Assembly (NCBI RefSeq): GCF_044704955.1
Contig: NC_091997.1
Location: forward strand, 5,952,001 to 6,016,000
Length of the DNA: 64,000 bases
Direction of reading: 5' to 3'
Source: Pristiophorus japonicus
Lineage: Eukaryota
Shown: positions 38,401 through 51,064 of the stretch, one piece after another
How the letters are laid out: each line of letters starts with the position of its first letter
Position numbering within the stretch: position 1 is the stretch's first letter
Notes under the pieces: model-generated
Told to the model about the DNA's origin: nothing
The model's database searches: none
What the model saw: the letters and a program-made list of their open reading frames with translations, nothing else
Made by a program: the position numbers and the translations under genes

Positions 38401-38806
38401 TGGAGTTCAGAAGAATGAGAAGGGACCTCATAGAAACGTTTAAAATTCTGACGGGTTTAGACAGGTTAGATGCAATGTTGGGGAAGTTCAGAACCATGGG
38501 TCACAATCTAAGGATAAGGGGTAAGCCATTTAGGACCGAGATGAGGAGAAACTTCTTCACCCAGAGAGTGGTGAACCTGTGGAATTCTCTACCACAGAAA
38601 GTTGTTGAGGCCAATTCACTAAATATATTCAAAAAGGAGTTAGATGTAGTCCTTACTACTAGGGGGATCAAGGGGTATGGCGAGAAAGCAGGAATGGAGT
38701 ACTGAAGTTTCATGTTCAGCCATGAACTCATTGAATGGCGGTGCAGGCTCGAAGGGCCGAATGGCCTACTCCTGCACCTATTTTCTATGTTTCTATGTTT
38801 CTATGT
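35457..38806 (+). mobile_element. Long, young CR1 LINE: 3' part of ORF1 (SGNH esterase-like) and ORF2 (APE endonuclease plus RT)
   Basis: ORF1 ...PDGLHL...; ORF2 35814-38093 (LNARS, ITETW, VYRPP, GDFN, SDH, FADD), nonsense TGA at 38091, continuation to 38705; (TTTCTATG)n tail; possible TTAA TSD. Confidence 0.96.
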
Positions 38807-39563
38807 TTAAACGGGGAAATTGAAAAGTCTGAAATGCGCCGCTCCGCTGTTAACTTTGTGAAAACGGTATCTCCCCATTCAAATGCATTGAGCGGCGTAA
38901 AGGTCCTGTACTTATAAAGTAGATACAAAGTAAACTCGCCACAAGTTAAGTAATTTCATTTCAAGTCTAAGTATCCTTTTAACATGATAAATGTTAATTA
39001 CTGCCAGCCAACGTCTCTTGCACTGAAAATTAACTATTATATTTGCAAAGTCTCATTCCTTCAGGTTTTAATTATTGTTGGAGATTTGTTTTTTTTAAAC
39101 TTTATCTATCGCTCTCTTTTTTCTCAGTTAATCTAATCTTTCTTTCCCTCTTTATTTCTCTTTCTGTATCTGACTTGATATTGAATTCACCCATTTTAAA
39201 TTAAACTTCCTTGACAGTCTCTGTACTGTTAATTTCAGAATCTTTCAATCTGATTGGTGAAGGAGATATACACAGTCCCTTGCTCTGTTCACTCAGATCC
39301 CAGATCCCTGTAGAGGGGCCCATATCGTTTCCACCTCCCACTTCCAGCAACTTTAAGGGCAAAATATGGCCGATATTAAATGGGCAAGGGCACGTCTAAG
39401 TAACAGCGGGCGCCGTCTACTGGCTGCCGTAATGTCTGGGCCACTGTGCTTGCAGAAATCAGACCGTTTAAAAATGTTTAACCTTGTCCCATCACATTTC
39501 ACACTTTGTATTGTTTTAACAACAGAAAATCATCTAAAAGACAGGTTAATCCTATTGGACGAG

Positions 39564-40215
39564 TGTTAGCGCGAATGTTTTCCTGCAAGAATCACTCGAC
39601 ACTCTGGGTCGGTTCCAACGCCAAAACGGCTTTTATTACACCGGCGGGGAGAGAGCCTCTGGTCCAACTCCAGGCACTCCACTCCACTGAACAAAGAAAT
39701 TCATCGATATTTATATGTTTTACAATAGTTCATTACAGTTACTCAGCCCACTTCGGCTGGACACAATCCAATCATAACGATTATAGATTACATATAGGTT
39801 TCTTTAACCCAATAGAATTCCCCTGATACCTCAGGGGCTGTATGTTCCTTTTTTGTCAGCTCGGGCTGATTAATGACCTCGTTATGTGAGGTGGGCCCCC
39901 CTCATCTCTGTTCCTCGAGGCTCTGCTGTGTGAAGTCCTTGATTAAGGACATTCCATACCAGGTACTATAATGGTTCGTTATAGTTATCTTGTCTCAAGC
40001 GGATGCTCCAAGGCATTCCCGGCAGTGGGCCTCACAGGGTCATTACTCGGTCAGCCTCAGTCAACAGTTCATTGCTTGACTAACTGAGTTCCCATCATGC
40101 TTGGGCAGCCATTTTATATGTGGCCACTTTAAACCTATATGAGTTTAGATATATTTAGCAGGTGCCTAATGCCTAGTGTTTTGATATATTCAGCAGGTGC
40201 CTAATGCCTACAACA
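39564..40215 (-). mobile_element. Solo LTR, 652 bp
   Basis: TGTT...AACA termini; 5-bp TSD ACGAG (39559-39563, 40216-40220); TATA-like and AATAAA motifs on the minus strand; internal 28-bp duplication. Confidence 0.8.
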
Positions 40216-41464
40216 ACGAGATTAAGATCTGAATTAATTAAGGGCTGGATGATAAATTGGAGTTACCTGCATTGCGGAGCTCCCTGTCTCAGATACAGTC
40301 AACATATACCAGCTATCTTCCCACAGAGGGCAGAAGGTTCCTGCTCAAGTAGCCAGTATTCAAATGGTAGCTAAACAGTGATTGTTGGAAGACTGCAACA
40401 TTGAAGACCAATCAAATCCGTGCCCAATGTCTATACATCAACACTTCCATCAGGGGTCCACCCTATAGCAAGCAAGAGTGGAAAACTTTGCTGAGTTTTC
40501 CTTTCCAATCCCGGAGTTCTGCAAACATTCCTGGCGCTCCAATTCCTGTCCCACCCGAGACAATAGCTTTCGAGTTATCGCAGGAATCAGCAGACTTAAT
40601 TCAGCAATGTCACTGACAGACCAATACCCTAGTTTTCTGTTTGCAAGGAGTCCCATTATTCAGTATAATGCTTTGTTAGGGTGCCTGGTTTTATCTGTAT
40701 TTCTGATGTATTAATTTTTTCAAAAACTTAAAAATAAATACAAACACACTTAGCCTTCCTTATGCAATTTAAAACCTTTTTCAAGGTCTTCATTTTCTGC
40801 AAGAGTGTTAATGACACAAACATCCATTTTCTTAAACAACAGGGCCACAGAATTAAACTTTTAAATCAATGATTTAACTGACCTCAGTTTCTGGAAGTTT
40901 TGACTAATTTCCAAGCTGTGCATCTGATTTTCTGCACTAAAGTAGTAAATTGAATTTTAACTGCTTAAGTTTGAAAACTGCACTGAACTCCTGAGATATC
41001 CTGGTGTGAAAGGCAGCACAAAGCCATAAATGATTTCACTTCCTGTTTGGCCCACTCACAGACTGTGGGAATTAAACTGAGCCATTTTATACAAAAACTG
41101 ATTTTTTTTTTTATATAAACAATTTTTGAAGTATGAGGGTCTGGTACATTTGCAAAATCGAAAAGAGTCATCAGAGAAAGTGCTCCAGACAAGCTCCTCT
41201 TATTTTTGACGTCAATGAGCGAGCACATTCCAGAACCGTGCCTGCCTGTCACTGGCAGCAGTAATTCCTGTTCAAAGCAAGACTGAGATATCACAATCAA
41301 TTACTGCTCACGTGTCACACGCATTAAACTTCAGTTCATTCTGCAAGGTTATGCACTTCTCAGATTACAAGCCGTGCGTTCTGAACACTCAGAGACTGAA
41401 GATTGGGAGTTTCCAGCTGCCAAGGCTTTCTGAGAACTGCTAAGAGTCATGAGAGGCAGAGAAA

Positions 41465-42040
41465 ATGCAGTGTGGTCACATTTCCCACTCTTGATGCCTG
41501 TGCCAGCAGACTGTGTAAACACCGAGGACTATTCCGCACACCGCCTTTAAGCAGCTTGGGCACAACGTGCGGAAACAGATGGCAGAAGAGAGGAAGAGCT
41601 CGAGCAGCTCTTGCAAAGATTTTTGGAGCAAAAATGAGGAAATCAGGAAACCAGACCTGATGACAATGAAGACGGTAAAAGCCAATCAGAGGGCAAGGAT
41701 GGAGATGGCTTTTCTCTGTCCCTGGATGTCCAGCGGTTCTCCCCAGAAGAACTGAAGGTGAAAGTACTTGGAAGAAAAGTGCTGGTGACAGGAAAACACG
41801 AGAAGAAAAGTGATGATGGGAGCGGCTCTTACAGCTACAAATATGAAGAGTTCAGGAGAGAATTTCAGCTGCTAGAAGATTTGATGCTCAAGCTGTTAAC
41901 TGCTGTTTGTCACAGGACGGTCGGTTAAAGGTTCAAGCCCCACGCCTGGCACTGCCAGCTGTGAATGGACGAACCGTCCCCATCAACATCACCTCTGATA
42001 CAACTGTTACTCTCCAGTCAGAAGTTAGCACAGAGAAGTA
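41465..42040 (+). pseudogene. HSP30-like copy D, pseudogene
   Basis: ATG 41465 (MQCGHISHS*), early stops, frameshift before the ACD and a 1-nt deletion near 41881; ACD DNA 41641-42004 almost identical to the other copies. Confidence 0.9.
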
Positions 42041-42349
42041 GGGACAAAAGAACTGCAGCAGTGAAGTTAATGAGAGGAACAGGAGAAATGGAAGAGGACA
42101 ACTGGAACTGATTAATCCCACACATTGTCCTATTCCCACAGTCCTGAATCTGAGTAAATGTTACACAAAAATCTAATTACGTATGGATAATAAAGAAATT
42201 CACTTTGCATATCCCTAGTTATATGCTTCATTGTTCTATATCTCAGAATGTACAGTTTTATGTCTGCAGTAAATTGCTTCTCAAACGCTGGCACAAGGGG
42301 TCAAATGGAACAGTGTAAGTAACAGAAAGGAAAAGGGACACACAGAAAT

Positions 42350-43015
42350 GAAAAACAACAACTTGCATTGATATAGTGGCTTTAATGTAGTAAGATGTCT
42401 CAAGGCGCTTCACAGGAGTGTTATTGTTATGTCTTTAATACTCTTATGAATGAGGTCCTGGTATTGTACTTGAGCTGTTGTGACCTTAGTCCCATTTATT
42501 GTAACTCCAGAGTGAGGCATAAGCATTTTATACTGGGCCCTGCACACCTATGCAGGTGACCCTCAGGTCTCCCACCGCAGTGCCCTCTGGTGGCACACCT
42601 TATGTGACTATACAGTTAGTATACACGGTCTACATACATGACAGTTATCAAACAAAATTTAACACCGAGCCACATAAGGAGATATTAGGACAAGTGACCA
42701 AAAGCTTGGTCATAGAGCTAGGTTTTAAGGAGCGTCTTAAAGGAGAAGAGAGACATAGCGAGGCGGAGAGGTTTAGCGAGGGAATTTCAGAGCTTAGGGC
42801 CCAGCCAGCTGAAGGCACTGTTGCCAATGGTGGAGCGATGAAAATCGGGGGATTCACAAGAGGCTAGAAGTGGAGGTGCACACATATCCTGCCGGTTGTA
42901 AGGCTAAAGGAGGTTACGGGGATAGGGAGGGACGAGACCATGGAGGAATCTGAAAACAAGGGTGAGAATTTTAAAATTGAACTGTTGCAGGACCAGGAGC
43001 CATTGTAGGCCAATA
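42350..43015 (-). mobile_element. L2-like LINE 3' fragment interrupted by a solo LTR
   Basis: (TTG)n tail and CTATATxAATGCAAG end shared with the DeuSINE tails; family assigned from memory. Confidence 0.5.
42425..42643 (-). mobile_element. Gypsy-type solo LTR, 219 bp
   Basis: TG...CA termini, TSD GTTAT (42420-42424, 42644-42648), CCACCAGAGGGCACTGC block shared with the LTR at 9266-9537. Confidence 0.85.
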
Positions 43016-43871
43016 AAGGAATCAACCTAGATTCATTCAGAATATTACTAAACATTAGAATAAATACAAAACAAAATAATTTTACACTGAGTCCCAATTT
43101 CTTACATGATGTGTCACAAGAATTAGATTCCTACAAATCGTTTGCTACATCTGGGAAATGTATTCTATTTATTTACTTACTGGATTTGTGTGTATTTTAC
43201 AATATTTGCGAATAAAATGATATCCATTAAGCACCAAATTAGAGGTTGCACATTCAGTGTGCAGCAAAGAACGAGCGAGCGTGAAATGCCTGTGACTATT
43301 CAAATGCATTAAAAAAAAATCGCAGTTCCTGTCTTTGGTTTGCACGTCTCATGTGACAGCCTTTGCTCCACAAAGATGCTGATTTATTTTCAGTTAGTGG
43401 TTTTACATTCAGTAGGGGGCACCAAAGGAGCTGGTCAGAATGTTCACCAAGCATCAGGTGAGACATGAGCTGTCAGATAAAGGGACTTCTGGTGGACTGC
43501 AGCATAAGATAACAAGAGAATGCAATCATACAGAAACACCTGCTTCATGGGGGAGCAGTGTGGGGGCAAGGCCCAGGCCTGAGCACAGAGCACTAGCTGA
43601 AGGCAGGTGAGTCAGAACGTAGGTGGAGCCCAGGAAGCGAAGCATTCCAGCATAGTACAGGCGTGACATATTACAGCAACAAATACCGAGGAGAAAATTT
43701 CTAATTTTCATAGCTATAATTTCAATTATAGAATCATAGAATAGAATCATAGAATGGTTACAGCACGGAAGGCGGCCATTTGGCCCGTCGAACCCGTGCC
43801 AACTCTCAGCTAGTCCTACTCCCCTGCCCTTTCCCCGTAGCCCTGCAATTGATTGGAAATTGTAACATGTC

Positions 43872-44535
43872 ATTGGTGCTTGGGTTCACTGACACCTCTC
43901 ACTGATTGGGGCTTGGGTTCACTGACACCTCTCACTGATTGGGGCTTGGGATCACTGACACCGCTCACTGATTGGTGTTTGGGTTCACTGACACCTCTCT
44001 GATTGGTGCTTGGGATCACTGACACCTCTCACTGATTGGGGCTTGGGATCACTGACACCTCTCACTGATTGGTGTTTGGGTTCACTGACACCTCTCTGAT
44101 TGGTGCTTGGGATCACTGACACCTCTCACTGATTGGGGCTTGGGTTCACTGACACCTCTCACTGATTGGGGCTTGGGATCACTGACACCTCTCACTGATT
44201 GGTATTTGGGTTCACTGACACCTCTCTGATTGGTGCTTGGGATCACTGACACCTCTCACTGATTGGTGCTTGGGATCACTGACACCTCTCACTGATTGGG
44301 GCTTGGGTTCACTGACACCTCTCACTGATTGGTGCTTGGGTTCACGGACACCTCTCACCGATTGGTGCTTGGGTTCGCGGACACCGCTCACTTATTGGTG
44401 TTTGGGTTCACCGACACCTCTCACTGATTGGGGCTTGGGTCCACAGCCATCTCTGATTGGTGCTTGAGTTCACTGACGTCTCGGATTGGCGTTTGGGTTC
44501 ACTGACATGTCTCTCTGATTGTTGCTTGGATTCAC
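43872..44535. repeat. 33-bp minisatellite, ~20 units
   Basis: Consensus ATTGG(G/T)GCTTGGG(T/A)TCACTGACACCTCTCACTG; 31-bp variants at units 4, 7 and 11; decays at the right end. Confidence 0.97.
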
Positions 44536-44914
44536 ATCTTGCACCTTTTTGGATAACATTCCATTCAATAAATAATGTTAGACTAATCAAATAAACCCAA
44601 ATTAACAGGCAGCCATGGTATTCACTACAGATTAAACTTCTAAACAGGTAGCGTTTTTACTTAAAAGTGATCAGCTACTTTTTTAAAAAATTGAGCATCT
44701 CAGAATTCCATAAATGTAAATTATAATTACAAATGTCCGAGATCTGTGAAAGTATTCAGTGCAATTTCAGTGTAGAGTATACTGAGACCTATTATTATTC
44801 AGCCAGTAGATGGGAGGTGTGCAGGGCATTCCACCAGAGTCAATTCATGTGAATTATGATAAAATAATAAATTACGCTGCAATTTTAAAGAGGTATTGTT
44901 GCTATTCTAAAAGT

Positions 44915-46525
44915 CATAGAATCATGGAATAGTTACAGAACAGAAGGAAGCCCATCAAGCCTGTGTCAGCTCTCTGCCAGAGCAGGTCAGCTAGTCCCAC
45001 TCCCCCGCCCTTTCCCCATAGCCCTGCAAATTTTTCCTTCGGGTACTTATTCAACTCCCTTTTGAAAGCCATGATTGAAGTCTGTCTCCACCACCCTTTC
45101 AGGTAATGTATTCCAGATCATAACCACTCGCTACGTAGAAAAGCTTTTCCTCACGTTGCCTTTGCTTCTTTTGCCAATCACCTTAAATCTGTGTCCTCTG
45201 GTTCATGACCCTTCCACCAATGGGAGCAGTTTCTCTCTATCTACTCTGTCTAGACCCCTCATGATTTTGAACAGCTCGATCAAATCTCCTCTTAACCTTC
45301 TCTGCTCCAAGGAGAACAGCCCCAGCTTCTCCAGTCTATCCATGTAACTGAAGTCCCTCATCCCTGAAACCATTCTTGTAAATGTTTTCTGCACCCTCTC
45401 TAAGGCCTTCACATCCTTCCTAAAGTGCGATGCCCAGAATTAGACACAATACTTGAGTTTAGGCTAAACCAGCGTTTTATTAAAGTTCATCATAACTTCC
45501 TTGCTTTTGTACTCTATGTCTCTATTTATGAAGCCCAAGATCCCGGATGCTTTGTTGACCGCTTTCTTAACCTGCCCTGCCACCTTCAACGATTTGTGCA
45601 CATATACCCCCAGGTCTCTCTGTTCATGCACCCCCTTTAGAATTATACCCTTCAGTTTATATTGCCTCTCCTTGTTCTTCCTACCAAAATGTATCACTTC
45701 TCACTTTTCTGCTTTAAATTTCATCTGCCACGTGTCCGCCCATTCCACCAGCCTGTCTATGTCCTCTTGAAGTCTATCACTATCCTCCTCACTGTTCACT
45801 ATACTTCCAGGTTTTGTGTCATCTTCAAATTTTGAAATTGTGCTCTGTACACCCAAGTTTAAGTCATTAATATATATCAAGAAAAGCAGTGGTCCCAGTA
45901 CCAACACCACTGTATACCTTTGTTGGAGTGGATTTTCGGACATAGCAAAGCATGATGGGGTAAGCCAACTATCTGCCTTTCCATTAAATGAACTTTGTAC
46001 CAAGAAGCCTATCTGCTGTCCCTGATATGAACTCTGCAGCAACAAGTGACTCCTGGCCAGGTGCAGGCCACTGTTTCATAGAAAGCTTTGCAACAGAAAA
46101 ACTAACCACAAAAGAAGATACAGAGGAAGGGCCCCCAAACTCGCGCCATGCTATCAGGTTTCACTGGGACTAAAAAGTTGTATGTAAATGAATTGCGTTG
46201 CCATATGGATTGATTGGTTGTATGTAAATGAATTTAAATGATTGTATTCCGCCCCCTGTAAACTGCTTATAACCCCACGGCACCAGGCACTCGGGGAGAA
46301 GGTGCTTCGCAGGTCACGGGGCCTCAACTCTTCTCCCAGAGCTGTTCGCAACAAAGTTGTCTCTCTTACTTTACTAGAGTCTATGTGAATTTATTTTCAC
46401 TAACACCTTCCTCCAGTCCGTAAAACAACCATTCACCACTACTCTCTGTTTGCTGTCACTTCGCCAATTTCATATCCATGTTGCCACTGTCCCTTTTATT
46501 CCAAGGGCTTCAACTTTGCTGGCAA
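44915..46525 (-). mobile_element. CR1 LINE 3' fragment (different subfamily) split by a solo LTR
   Basis: VLGPLLFLIYINDL, KFEDDTK and LGLFSLEQRRLRGDLI motifs. Confidence 0.88.
45921..46405. mobile_element. Solo LTR, 485 bp
   Basis: TGTT...AACA termini with a 4-bp TSD CCTT; interrupts otherwise contiguous CR1 sequence. Confidence 0.8.
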
Positions 46526-47452
46526 ATCATGGGCATTGCCTTGGATATCCATTGATGTCTTGATATAATTCACACTGCGTTGTTTGCGTGACTTCAAATT
46601 ATAGTTGAGGAAGATATCGGTCTCTTCCAGCAACATGCCAACCCCAAGCAGTTGAAAGTCCTTCATCAAGATGGTAATAATTTTCCTTTCAGTCCATCAA
46701 GGGATCAGACTTGGAGCTTAAAGCATACTACAAATTATATAATTGCAGCTTTTTGCATTATCCTTGTGCAGTTTCTTAAAGCATAGTTTTTGAAATGAAA
46801 TACTGAAAAATGAAGTATAAACTTTAAACCCAACGTAATGGTGAGTTTACAATTCCTGATAAAACATCTGTACGAATCCAACTGAAACCACTGAATCAGC
46901 AACGCTCCCTCAGCTATTGGGTTTTATCTCTCCTACGTTTGGTATTTTGTAGTTTCTCTTTCCACTTCAATGTATTTCTCTCTGCTCACCCAGGACAGTA
47001 TGAAGAGAGCACTGGCAGCAGGGGAGAGGGACCCAGAACAACAAATAATGCCGAGATGAGCCGATAGTCAGGAAAGGCCAAAGAAATGGTCACAGTAAGA
47101 CATTATCATGCTGTATTTATACTTTGCAATCAAGTCAACAATGGTTAATTATTAGTTAGACTGTTTGTTCTTAAGTGTATATTAATCAGGTAGGTTTCAC
47201 TGGAATAATTAAAATTATTTAAGTTCTGAAACAAATTCCTTGCACCCCGTCATACAGTAATTGCACATACGGAAATAAAGGCAAATATAATGAGTCTCAT
47301 TGCTGCTAATCTAAGGACATTTAGTATAGGCCAAAGAGGACTTAAGGAAAATATGATTGAAGATCAAGTAGTAGAAAAAGCTTGCATTTATATAGCGCCT
47401 TTCACAAGGGCAGCCAATTTGCACATAGCATTTTACACAATGATTTACTGTT

Positions 47453-47901
47453 GAAACATAGAAACATAAAAAATAGGTGCAGGAGTAGGCCATTCGGCCC
47501 TTCGAGCCTGCACCGCCATTCAATGAGTTCATGGCTGAACATGCAACTTCAGTACCCATTCCTGTTTTCTCGCCATACCCCTTGATCCCCCTAGTAGTAA
47601 GGACTTCATCTAACTCCTTTTTGAATATATTTAGTGAATTGGCCTCAACAACTTCCTGTGGTAGAGAATTCCACAGGTTCACCACTCTCTGGGTGAAGAA
47701 GTTCCTCCTCATCTCGGTCCTAAATGGTTTACCCCTTATCCTTAGACTGTGACCCCTGGTTCTGGACTTCCTGTCTAAACCCATCAGAATTTTAAACGTT
47801 TCTATGAGATCCCCTCTCATTCTTCTGAACTCCAGTGAATACAAGCCCAGTTGATCCAGTCTTTCTTGATATGTCAGTCCTGTCATCCCGGGAATCAGTC
47901 T
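47453..47901 (-). mobile_element. CR1 3' fragment
   Basis: Same 3' end as 14700-15185. Confidence 0.92.
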
Positions 47902-49139
47902 GAAGTTCAGTGACGGTTGTGTAGGCAAATGTAGCAGCCATTCTAGGTTAACAACTCACAAATAATGATGACATGAGTGCTTAGTTAATTTGTTTTCTAC
48001 TGGTGTTGGTTGAGAGAGGAATGTTGACCTAGAGAACCCCATATTTTTCTTCAAATAGTGCCGTAAGATCTTTAACATCCACCTGAACTATTGGCACACA
48101 ACCTAATTTATATGTTTTAATTAATTTGACTAGTCTTCACACACATTTTTACAAATTACAGATCCCAATGGTTTGTTGACTCTACAGGTTAGAGAGCAGT
48201 CAGGCATCAGATGTTTTACAGGACATCTAGATTAAAGGCTATCCACCTTGGCATTAAGGAAATGGATATAGCTCTTATTAGGAACTCCTTAAATACAGTG
48301 TCTGCACCACATTTTGATTACTCATTGTGACGTCAACCCTAAAAATGATAGCTGGTAGCTGCCCTGCTGGCTCATTGAATCATGTGCATGGTGCATCCCT
48401 GACTCATTGTACATGGTGCAACCCTGACTCATTGTACTGAACCAGTTTACATGGGGGGGGGGGGGGGAGCAAGAGCTAAGAGAATGACATAAGATACAGT
48501 TCTTTAAAATGTAGAAGTAAATTGGTTAATATAGATGGTGACCGTAAAACCAGACAAAAAAGTACAAAAGCCTCAGATAAAACTTCCCCATCCCTTACAT
48601 GAATAGTCGCATTTAAAAAAAAGCTTGCATCACATCCTGTACCTTTTAAAAACATCCCAAGTGTCTGGTTCGCAATTGGTTTACAAAGTTCTGAGAATAG
48701 ATGTCAAGTGCTCTACTGAAGGCAGTGCTTCCAAGTGAGTCACTCAAGGCGCAGGGGTGTCTGGAGTGCCCCACCCCCCCAGTAGCTTCAAGTGTCAGGA
48801 ATATTTCTGGAAACTCTGCCAGCAACTAAAAGCCTTTCTTAAGAAAGTAAGTGGATCACATCAGTTCCATGGCAAAGCCAAATGTACATAAGCTAGAGGT
48901 TATAGGTCTGATTAAGCAAAAGGAGTCACATATTACATTTCTCATTGGATCTCAGATGGAATGAGAGACAACTGGAATTAACAGTCTGTGATATGATATG
49001 ACTTTTTTTTAATGAAAAGTTTGAATGTAAACTTAGTTATATCTACAACCTCCAAATTAGGGGTGAAATGTTATGTTTACAAAATGGATTTGTAGATGGA
49101 AATAAAAATATTCTGAATAAAACCCAACATAAATAATTA

Positions 49140-49512
49140 GTCTGTCAGCCTCGCCTCAGAGTCGGAAGGCCCTAAGTTCAAGTTCCACTCCAGAGACTTG
49201 TGCACATAATCGAGGTGTATACCTCAGTGCAGTACTGAGAGTGTGCTGCACTGTTGGATGAGGCATTAAACCTTTCAGGTGGGTGTTAAAGATCCTGCCG
49301 TACTATTTTCAGTGTTCACCCAGTGTCCTGGCCAATATTTATCCCTCAAACAACATCACTACACTAGATATTATCTGGACATTTATTTCATTGCTCTTTT
49401 TGGGTCCTTGCTATGTATAAATTGGCTGTCACATTTCCTACATTACCATAGTGACTACACTTCAAAAGTACTTCATTGACTAAAGCATTTTGGTACATCC
49501 CAAGGTTGTCAA
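49140..49512 (+). mobile_element. DeuSINE, decayed
   Basis: AGTGCAGTACTGAGAGTGTGCTGCACTGT, TAAAGATCC and GTGACTACACTTCAAAAGTAC blocks. Confidence 0.75.
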
Positions 49513-49646
49513 ACTTAATTTAAAAAAAGTAACAGGACACAAGGACAGAGGTTTTGATTCAAGAGGGAAAAGCTTTGATTTTAGCACACGTTTTTTTAAT
49601 AAAAGCAACAGTAATTTATTCTTACACCCAATGTTCCCTTTAAGCT

Positions 49647-50003
49647 AAGGGGAGACCTGATATGAGGGGCCTGAACAGAGTGGATAGGAAGGGCCTATTT
49701 CCCTTGGCAGAGGGGTCAACAACCAGAGGGCATAGATTTAAAGTAATTAGGGGGAGGTTTAGAAGAGATGCGAGATTTTGTCACCCGTGGTGAGGGTCTG
49801 GAACTCATTGCCTGAAAGGGTAGTAGAAGCCTTCACCACGTTTAAAAGATACTTGGATATGCACTTGAAGTGCCGTAAACTACAGGGTTACAGACCAAGA
49901 GCTGGAAAGTGGAATTAGGCTGGATAGCTCTTGGTCGGCCGGCGCGGACACAATGGGCCGAAATGGCCTCCTCTCATGCTTAAAATTTCTGATTCTATGC
50001 TTC
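49647..50003 (+). mobile_element. CR1 3' fragment nested in the MITE
   Basis: CR1 C-terminus and 3' UTR; TSD TAAGCT (49641-49646, 50004-50009). Confidence 0.75.
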
Positions 50004-50543
50004 TAAGCTGCATGGCCACACAGTGCTCAGCAGCTTTTAAATCGGAAAAAATGCGCATGCACTGTAAGGGAAGGTGGGATGGGGGGTGGTGTTTGGGGTG
50101 TGTTGTGGTTTCTGTGAGGGGGTCAGGTTCCCTTCTGACAAACTTGAGCGGTTCGAATCGCTCCCCCTCCCTTGGGTTCTGTACTCTGGATTTATTTGGG
50201 GGGTGTGACAAAAGTGCAGAGGACACTGGTTTGATGCAAATAACTTTGGTTTTATTACAGTCAAAGTAATACAGGCTTATTACTCAGTAAGAAAATACAC
50301 AGCCAAACTTACAATCACTCTAATAAAGAACAAGACAAGGAAAGGTACAAAGTCAAACTTACAATCACTCTAATAAAGTACCATACACTACACATTCAAA
50401 GGGGGTTGCAGTAAAATTATACCCCCCACCTCCCAATACCTAATTCTAGCTAGGTTAGACTCCAGGGCAGGGAATTATGCTTACCACTCTTTTTGATAGC
50501 TAATGGTAGATGGTGATGTTCTTCCTTCCTTCAGGACTTCAAG

Positions 50544-50891
50544 ACTTCTTTTTTTAAATTTCAAAATATACTTTATTCATAAAAAAATCTGTACAGTACA
50601 TTCAAAGGCATTTCAATACATTTAGCTCCGGTCAGCAATCCCATACACTATTATTTGGGTGCTGACGGCAGTTCCGTTCGTTACATTTCCTTGTTTTCCA
50701 GTTCAAGTGCAATTCGGTCCAATACGGGATACCTTGTAGTACATTCAAACAAATTACATTTCATGTGTCACTATACAGTAGACTGAATGGGTGACGGTAT
50801 ATTTACATTTTTCTTTTCAACATGCATTTCGCAACAGACCTTGCATTGTACATGGCACTACATAGGTGTTTACAGATCATGGTGCTCCATG
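50544..50891 (-). mobile_element. Polyadenylated retroposed fragment (L1/Tx1-style 3' end)
   Basis: AATAAA and A-tail on the minus strand; 17-bp direct repeat TCCTTCAGGACTTCAAG at 50527-50543 and 50892-50908. Confidence 0.7.
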
Positions 50892-51064
50892 TCCTTCAGG
50901 ACTTCAAGGCTGGAGAGTCTCTCCCCTCTCTCTTCTCTGTTGAAAACAGTGGCCAGTTATACGATTTCAGTGTTCTAATCTTGCCACCAAATCTCTTCAC
51001 AATCCTTTGTATAATTTTGGCGGGCTTGGTTCTTCTTTGTAATATTTTGTCGGGCTCGTTGGAT

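Larger units (their letters stand above)
34790..39442. mobile_element. Possible old MITE-like repeat hosting the RTE and CR1 insertions
   Basis: Weak inverted ends GGCCCAAAATT / AATGTCTGGGCC; CpG-containing termini; no clean TSD. Confidence 0.3.

Noticed and set aside
43872-44535. CRISPR-like regular repeat
   Set aside because: Units are contiguous with no unique spacers, there are no cas genes, and the context is vertebrate; it is a minisatellite. The LTPLTDW ORF is a by-product.
50140-50170. tRNA gene (GGTTCGAATC B-box)
   Set aside because: No cloverleaf or A-box could be built around it
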